Below are positions 58,238 to 64,000 of a stretch of 64,000 nucleotides of DNA, piece after piece. The notes beneath the pieces are model-generated. The model made no database searches and was not told where the DNA came from. It was given only the letters and a program-made list of their open reading frames with translations. Made by a program: the position numbers and the translations under genes. Numbering within the stretch: position 1 is the stretch's first letter; each line of letters begins with the position of its first letter. Source of the stretch: Cephaloticoccus sp. (GTDB lineage: Bacteria > Verrucomicrobiota > Verrucomicrobiia > Opitutales > Opitutaceae); assembly GCA_021734075.1 (NCBI GenBank), contig JAIPJW010000003.1:225-64224 (forward strand), in the 5' to 3' direction.

Positions 58238-61045
58238 TCAAGGCAGCTTATCCAGTGGGTCAGTTGGTAATTGACCTTCCGCGGTCGGGTAGAGCGGAGG
58301 CACCTCAATCTTGGTTTCCGGTGGCTGCAAGGGATCGCCGGTTTGGATGAGGCTGCGCAAAAAGTTGGTCGGCCCGATCACAAAGCTCCAATTGGGATTG
58401 TCCAATTCGCCGGTCAGTTTGACTTCCAGCACATTGGAAAGCGGGGTCAGCAGGGCACCCATAAAACTTTTCAAAATGAACTTGCTCTCATGGAACGGAT
58501 ATATCCGGGCGTTAAAATCAAGGGCGCGCAAGGCGAGGGAATACTTCCCACTGGCCTCGACCAGGGAATTGGAGCCGGTGATGCTGACTTCCGGGAAAAT
58601 CAACCGGTCCTTTTGCACGGTAAAGCTCGTGCGCATTTCATTGAAATGCAGGGCGGTGAAATTCAGCAGTTCGGACAACAAACCCAGCAGGCGGATTTCC
58701 CCCAGGCCTTTTCCCCGCAACACGGCATTGCCTGATCCGGCATAGCTGAGCGGGTTTTCCAGATCTCCCTCGGCCGACACGTCGAGATCCATGGTCACAT
58801 TGGCGGATTGTTGGATATATGCGCTCGTGGCCGGTGGGGGCTTGCCTTGTTGCGCGGCAAAGAAATTGCCGAGAATAACCGAGGCCATTTGCAAATTGCC
58901 CTGTTTGAGCCCCAGGTCAAAGCCCAGTCTTTGTCGACCGGTCGGGCCGAGGATTTGCATTCGCCCGGTGGTGCGACCGCCGGCGAAACTGACGACCAAT
59001 GGTTCGATGCGCAGGTCGTCATCCTGCATGGTCGCCGCGAAAGTCAGATCGCTCAGGGGGAAATCATGGAAGGTGAAATTCCCCGTGGATTCACCCCGAA
59101 CCTCGACATGGCGATGGGGTTCCGCCGCCGGCTCGGCGATGAATCCGGCGACATGCAAATGAGGCGCCGAGGTGAATTTGAACGGAGCCACAATTTCCTC
59201 CAATTCCGGACCGACCAGTCCCGCGGCCTTGGCCAGATCCAGACTCGAGTCGAAGTTGAAATCCATCCGCTTCAGGTCTGGGCTGTCATCGGCATTGCGC
59301 CGCACAAAATTACCCCGCGCGATGCCCTGGCCCCGGGACACAGAGACCTCCATGGCATCGTAGTAGTGGGGGCGCAGGTAAATCAGCGTGGTGGCATGGT
59401 CCAGTTGCACTCCCTTGATCACCGGTTGGGTGCAGTCGGCAAAGACAAACACACTGGTCTCATGGCCCCGGCCCCAAATCCCGCGGACATCCACCGAAGC
59501 GTCGGGTGCGGCCGCGCTGAAATCAAAATTCCGCCAAAAGTTTGGCCACCATTCACGGAACCATCCCCCGATATCCGGGGGGCGAAGTTGACCGGTGAGC
59601 AAAAAGCGAAATTCCTTGGTGGGGAATACTTGCTCGTAACTGCCCCGGGCGTAGTTGGTCCCGATCGATGCGGCGGCATCAGTTGCGATGAATCTGGTGC
59701 CATCATAGGCGATGTGCCCTGCAATATGATCAAAGGTCACATGATAGGCATGCACATCCGTGCCACGGACCCGGCCTTCTACCCCGGCGAACTTGCCCCC
59801 GGGATTGACGCGCAGGTTCAAGTCGATTTCCGGCGGTGCGCCAAAATCCAGGAACGGACGGATGTCATGACCGATTTTTTGGCCGAGCGGAACCAGCAAG
59901 GCCGGGTCAAACTTGCCCGAAATGTGCAGGGCCGCACTCCGCTCGGTGAGATTGGCCGAACCGTTGATAGCCACCGGTTGGGATCCGATCATTGCCAGGA
60001 GATCGGCCTCCAGATCCGGCAGCTTGCCGAGGTGGAAATCAGCCGACAAAGCCTGGACGACCACCCCCGCGGCCACCAGCCGGTCCAACGTCAGGTCCGC
60101 TTGCTGGGGCGAGAGGGCAAATTGCCCGCCGGTCAGAAACGCCTCCAAATTAACGCGCAGGCCCCGGGCACGCATTTGGTTGGGGAGATCCACAGAATCG
60201 ACCGATGCGGTGATCCGGGCCAGGTTGGAGGAACGGTTCCAGAGTGAGACCATGGTGTTGAGCTCAAATGGACCGGTGGAAAAGGTCCGCTGGCCAACGG
60301 GTTCGATGCCTGACCCGCGCAGAGTGACGTGAGTGATGGCGCCAATTCTGGCGGAGGGACTGAAGACGAGATCAATCTGCGGTGACTTGACCCCGGACAA
60401 CTGCCGTGACGCCTGGATGAGCAGTTCACACAATCTGGGGTAGTTGCTGGCCAGCATGGCCGGCAGCGGCAGGGCATTGGCCTGAACCCGGGGCAATGAA
60501 CTCAGGTCGATACTGCCCCGGGCACTGATGGACAGGCCCGCCAGGCGGGCCGTCAAGTGATGCAACTCGATGGTTTGCTCGTGGGGTGACAGGGTAAAAT
60601 CAACGTCCCGGAGCAGGTTTTCCCCACTGCCACTATCCGACAACATGGCCGGCACCTGTAAATTGACACCGCTGGCCCGGATCAGGCGGGGTTGAAAACG
60701 GCTGGAGATCAAAGCCCAGGGGTCGAGTTCAACATAAAGCAACCGGGCGGTGGCGACCGGCTCCTCGAATGAGGCGAGGGACAACCGGAGGTTTTCCACC
60801 AGGATGCGTCCACTCGGATCAAAAGTGGTGCGGCCAAACTTGGCGGTGAAACCCGAGGCGGCGAGGCGGGTTTCGAAGGACCGCAGCAGGAAGTCCGGCA
60901 CGGGCATTTCCTGCACAAAGGCAATGTAAGTCTGAACAACGACAAGCAGTGCCAGGGCCAACCAAAGGGTCCAGCGACAGAAGGACAGCAGGCAGTCCAC
61001 GCAGAACAACGTGCAGCGGTGCAAAAGATCGTGCCACGCTTTCAT
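58238..61045 (-). CDS. Large membrane-anchored AsmA/TamB-like protein (935 aa)
   Basis: N-terminal TM (WTLWLALALLVVV), then a long beta-rich repetitive sequence typical of AsmA-like proteins. ATGA overlap with the upstream DUF4340 gene. Confidence 0.6.
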   Translation of the reverse strand: MKAWHDLLHRCTLFCVDCLLSFCRWTLWLALALLVVVQTYIAFVQEMPVPDFLLRSFETRLAASGFTAKFGRTTFDPSGRILVENLRLSLASFEEPVATARLLYVELDPWALISSRFQPRLIRASGVNLQVPAMLSDSGSGENLLRDVDFTLSPHEQTIELHHLTARLAGLSISARGSIDLSSLPRVQANALPLPAMLASNYPRLCELLIQASRQLSGVKSPQIDLVFSPSARIGAITHVTLRGSGIEPVGQRTFSTGPFELNTMVSLWNRSSNLARITASVDSVDLPNQMRARGLRVNLEAFLTGGQFALSPQQADLTLDRLVAAGVVVQALSADFHLGKLPDLEADLLAMIGSQPVAINGSANLTERSAALHISGKFDPALLVPLGQKIGHDIRPFLDFGAPPEIDLNLRVNPGGKFAGVEGRVRGTDVHAYHVTFDHIAGHIAYDGTRFIATDAAASIGTNYARGSYEQVFPTKEFRFLLTGQLRPPDIGGWFREWWPNFWRNFDFSAAAPDASVDVRGIWGRGHETSVFVFADCTQPVIKGVQLDHATTLIYLRPHYYDAMEVSVSRGQGIARGNFVRRNADDSPDLKRMDFNFDSSLDLAKAAGLVGPELEEIVAPFKFTSAPHLHVAGFIAEPAAEPHRHVEVRGESTGNFTFHDFPLSDLTFAATMQDDDLRIEPLVVSFAGGRTTGRMQILGPTGRQRLGFDLGLKQGNLQMASVILGNFFAAQQGKPPPATSAYIQQSANVTMDLDVSAEGDLENPLSYAGSGNAVLRGKGLGEIRLLGLLSELLNFTALHFNEMRTSFTVQKDRLIFPEVSITGSNSLVEASGKYSLALRALDFNARIYPFHESKFILKSFMGALLTPLSNVLEVKLTGELDNPNWSFVIGPTNFLRSLIQTGDPLQPPETKIEVPPLYPTAEGQLPTDPLDKLP

Positions 61046-63072
61046 GGTCGGTGCCCGCGGAAATTCCGTCCCCGTTGGTTGTTGCCCCGCAGCATGAGAT
61101 CAAGGGTTGGCCGGGGGGGGGCGTCCGGGGTGGATTCAACGGGGCCGGGCGGACCGGGATCTTTCGCTCCATAGGTCAATTGCCACATGGCATCGACCAG
61201 CGGTTGTTCGATCTCAAAGACGGCGGCCAAGTCGGGTGAACCGGCGAGCTGGATATTGCCGCCCAGGCGCTCGGTGAAGAAAAGCGTGATGACCTCGGTT
61301 TGCTCACCGCTTCCGCCCGGCAGGGTGATGGTGGCATTCAACCGATAACGCCAGGGCCGCGCTTCGCCGGCCACGATTACGCTTTCGGGAAACGAGTTCT
61401 GGACAAAACGGCTGGCCCGCAGGGTGCGCAATTGCGTGAGCACCGTTTGGATGGGTTCCTGGTCACTGATGTCCGGCCCCAGGGAGCTGTCGAGGAAGGT
61501 GGCCTCCGTGCGCAGATCCGTAATCGTGAGCTTGCTGAATTTCGCCGCCGCGGGAAGTTCGCGCAGCAACCGTTGCCGGTAATCCAGTGGAGCCGGAGAG
61601 GTCTGGCTGATGATGCCGGCATCAACCAGATAAACAAAGCGGGCGTTGCCCAGGCGGGCGTAGGCCTTGCCGTCGCGCTCGACCGCCACTCCGATTTGCA
61701 GGGTGAGGGTGGTGGTGTTGGCCCCACTGCCCAAGGTCAGGGTAATCTCCCGCTCGGGTCGATTGAAGCCCCAGTTCTCCAGATCGGCATCACTGGGGGC
61801 ATCGCTGACAAATTTTTGCGCCACCAGCAGGCGGAGTTTTTCGAGCAGAATTTGCACGACTTTGGTATCAGCCGGCTGGGTTTGGGGTCCTTGCTGGGGA
61901 TCGAGCCGCACAATCTGCCAGGGACTGCTGACGGGATTGGCTCCGGTCGCCCCGGCCTCGAGCAGTTGCAGGGTGAGATCGGGTCGATTGGGTGCGGCGA
62001 GGGTGATGGCCGTGACCGCGGCAGGGTCGAAGTCGAGGACCTTGGTCTCGCGGAGGATCTCCTGGGCATTGCGCAGGGCATCGACCAATGCGGCCGGCAG
62101 GCTGACGGTGAACAAGGTGGACTTGCCGTCGAGCACGGCGTTGAACTCCATGTCGGGTCGGGTGCTGGTTGCTCCCGTGGTGGTGGCCGTGGGTTCGGGG
62201 ATGGCGGTGTTGCCGATTTCGCTGCCAAGGATCAGGGTCTCCCGCCGGTTGTTGCCCTCGATGGTTATGCGCAGGGTTGAATTGGTGGCCGGATTGATGT
62301 CCGCGGTGCCATTGGAGATAAAATTCCGCACCCGCAGCGCGTTGAGGGCATTGATGGTGAGTTCCACGGCCGGCTTGCTGGCCCGGGCAATAATGGGGGC
62401 CTCGAAGGCCCAGCGATTGCCTTCCCGACGGACCCGCACCCGCAGATTGGCGGCGTTCTGCAGGTTGAGGGAACGGGCCTCAAAGACTGGGATGGAAAAG
62501 ACCGTGTCAGCGCGCAGGTCCTCGATCGGCAGCGCGAGGCTGCGCGCCAGGCTGAGGTTTACGACATGCACCCGGCTGCCGTCGGGCGAGAGCACGTAGA
62601 GCCGGTTGCCAACCTTGGTTTCATCACCGATCTTCAAGGTGGTCGGTTCGTCGGGAGCTTGTTCGCCGCCGCCGGCATGACGGCCGGAAGTGAAGGTGAT
62701 GATCAGGCGCGGTCGCTCGAGGCCGTAATCGGCCAACGACTGGTTGTTCTTCTTGAGATCGGCGACGCTGAAGCTGGTCTCATGCTCCAGGTATTGCAGC
62801 TCGTTGATGATGCGGCTGACGGCGTGCGGATTGGCCGGCCACTCAATGGGCTCCAGCAGGGACCAGTTGTCCCCCTGGCGGGCGAGACTGATGGTCGTGA
62901 CGTTGGGTCCGTAGATCTTGAGGGAACGGATGTCGGCGGTTTCCGCGCCCAACACCCGGCGCCGGGCTTCGAGGGAGGCTTGCTCGGTGCGCCAGCCGCG
63001 CTCGAACTTGAAGATAAAGAAGAACAGCGCGACGTTGAGGAAAACGAGGATGAGGGTGACTTTGGTGCGCAT
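61042..63072 (-). CDS. DUF4340-domain protein (676 aa, repeated domains)
   Basis: N-terminal TM (VTLILVFLNVALFFFIF). Repeated pattern of a slot such as W.LLEPIEWPANPHAVSRIINELQYL. Located downstream of GldG, the usual DUF4340 context. Confidence 0.65.
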   Translation of the reverse strand: MRTKVTLILVFLNVALFFFIFKFERGWRTEQASLEARRRVLGAETADIRSLKIYGPNVTTISLARQGDNWSLLEPIEWPANPHAVSRIINELQYLEHETSFSVADLKKNNQSLADYGLERPRLIITFTSGRHAGGGEQAPDEPTTLKIGDETKVGNRLYVLSPDGSRVHVVNLSLARSLALPIEDLRADTVFSIPVFEARSLNLQNAANLRVRVRREGNRWAFEAPIIARASKPAVELTINALNALRVRNFISNGTADINPATNSTLRITIEGNNRRETLILGSEIGNTAIPEPTATTTGATSTRPDMEFNAVLDGKSTLFTVSLPAALVDALRNAQEILRETKVLDFDPAAVTAITLAAPNRPDLTLQLLEAGATGANPVSSPWQIVRLDPQQGPQTQPADTKVVQILLEKLRLLVAQKFVSDAPSDADLENWGFNRPEREITLTLGSGANTTTLTLQIGVAVERDGKAYARLGNARFVYLVDAGIISQTSPAPLDYRQRLLRELPAAAKFSKLTITDLRTEATFLDSSLGPDISDQEPIQTVLTQLRTLRASRFVQNSFPESVIVAGEARPWRYRLNATITLPGGSGEQTEVITLFFTERLGGNIQLAGSPDLAAVFEIEQPLVDAMWQLTYGAKDPGPPGPVESTPDAPPRPTLDLMLRGNNQRGRNFRGHRP

Positions 63073-63084
63073 GACAGGTGGGAG

Positions 63085-64000
63085 CTAGTTGCGACGTGAC
63101 CAGTAGACAAAGAGTCCGAGCAGGGCCGCTGCAATCGGCAGGGCAAAGACAAGACTGTAGCGGAGATTCATAAGTTCCGCCTGACTGAGGGAAAGTTGGA
63201 AACGTTCGATCGGGCGGGTGGGGATGTTGAGTTGGATGTCCCGGTCGATCGCCCAGTTGACGGCATTGAGGAATAGATTCTGGTTGCCGGGACTGGCGAT
63301 GCGGTAATTGGCCACGATATCATCGGTGCCGATGACCACCAGCTGGCCGGTGCGCACACTGAAGGGGAGATTGTTGCGCACCTGCACCCGTTCCGATGCC
63401 ACGACGACCCCGAGCCGGTTGGCCGGCGGCATGTTGGGCAGTCCCTTGAGGTCCACCCCCCGGTTGTATTCGGGCATCTGCCGTTGACGGTAGCTCACCT
63501 CGCCCCACGCGGTGGTCGAAGTCGCGGCCAGGGTGACCACATCCAGTCCGCTCCCCCTGGAACGACCGGGATCCGGTCGCACGCTGCGGCAAAGTCCGAG
63601 CCGCAGCGGTATCTTGTAGTCAATCAAGGTCTGCGTGATCGGATGGGGTGCCAGGTTCCGGATGATGAGGTCGCCGTTGTCGGCAAAACTGTTGGGATCC
63701 GTGTCGTAAATCACCACATCGTCCACCATCACTCCCCAGTCATAAAGCAGATCGTCCAACCCGTGGGGGACGCCCGGGGACAACATCAAGATCAGGCGCC
63801 CCTCGCGTTTGTTCAGATACTCGCGGAGCTGTTCCTGTTCGAAGGAGTCGTAGCGGCCCTGCGGGGCGGCGGCGATGACCAGGTCGGCATCCGCCGGCAC
63901 GGTGCGCGCGGTGCTGAGCTGGAGATATTCGATATCGTAATTCCGCATCTTCAGCTCGGCGCTCAGGGCGGACAAGCCGCGGGTGGGATCAACATCGTCG
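63085..64000 (-). CDS. GldG-like ABC-transporter auxiliary protein; N-terminal part beyond window edge
   Basis: Frame stays open to nt 64000. QLVVIGTDDIVANYRIASPGNQNLFLNAVNWAIDRD and the C-terminal TM are typical of the ABC_transp_aux/GldG family. Confidence 0.7.
   Translation of the reverse strand, partial: DDVDPTRGLSALSAELKMRNYDIEYLQLSTARTVPADADLVIAAAPQGRYDSFEQEQLREYLNKREGRLILMLSPGVPHGLDDLLYDWGVMVDDVVIYDTDPNSFADNGDLIIRNLAPHPITQTLIDYKIPLRLGLCRSVRPDPGRSRGSGLDVVTLAATSTTAWGEVSYRQRQMPEYNRGVDLKGLPNMPPANRLGVVVASERVQVRNNLPFSVRTGQLVVIGTDDIVANYRIASPGNQNLFLNAVNWAIDRDIQLNIPTRPIERFQLSLSQAELMNLRYSLVFALPIAAALLGLFVYWSRRN

Overview
High-GC (roughly 60%+ by eye) chromosomal segment. Gene content suggests Verrucomicrobiota/PVC, possibly Opitutae-like, but this is inference only. 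The supporting features are a compact ParE/ParC pair, many glycoside-hydrolase and sulfatase-like genes, a GldG-DUF4340 operon, and short intergenic repeats that translate as NHE.../IRxIRG. I call about 55 protein-coding genes, tightly packed, with many 4-nt ATGA/GTGA start-stop overlaps and four convergent pairs whose 3' ends overlap. All functional calls come from motif recognition in the supplied translations; no database search was possible. Recognisable housekeeping genes: rsmH, an RluA-family pseudouridine synthase, engB, mgtE, def, a PduO-type corrinoid adenosyltransferase, parE/parC and a PIN-PhoH ATPase. Carbohydrate and accessory metabolism genes: GH29 fucosidase, GH1 beta-glucosidase, a GH78-like protein, Gfo/Idh/MocA, an epimerase, a cupin, two PhyH oxygenases, and several large uncharacterised alpha/alpha-barrel-like proteins. 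Other genes: four MFS transporters, a 1322-aa hybrid sensor kinase, and a GldG/DUF4340/AsmA-like envelope operon. I found no rRNA, tRNA, CRISPR array, transposase, integrase, reverse transcriptase or canonical defence system, so most of the window looks like ordinary core or shell genome. The best candidate for something undescribed is a translationally coupled gene pair at 46.6-49.7 kb. It combines a multi-pass protein with a MotA/ExbB-like C-terminal channel signature and a single-pass protein with a buried TM Asp, a ~200-aa coiled coil and a possible inactive protease-fold domain. Secondary observations are listed below.
- Two ~240-bp direct repeats bracket a yqjG-like gene.
- An AT-rich non-coding tract ends in a very strong intrinsic terminator just upstream of the PIN-PhoH gene.
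- A sulfatase-family protein has lost its catalytic residues.
- An orphan mobile-mystery-protein-A-like HTH gene has direct repeats upstream.
- A 57-aa zinc-ribbon-like ORF is absent from the ORF track.
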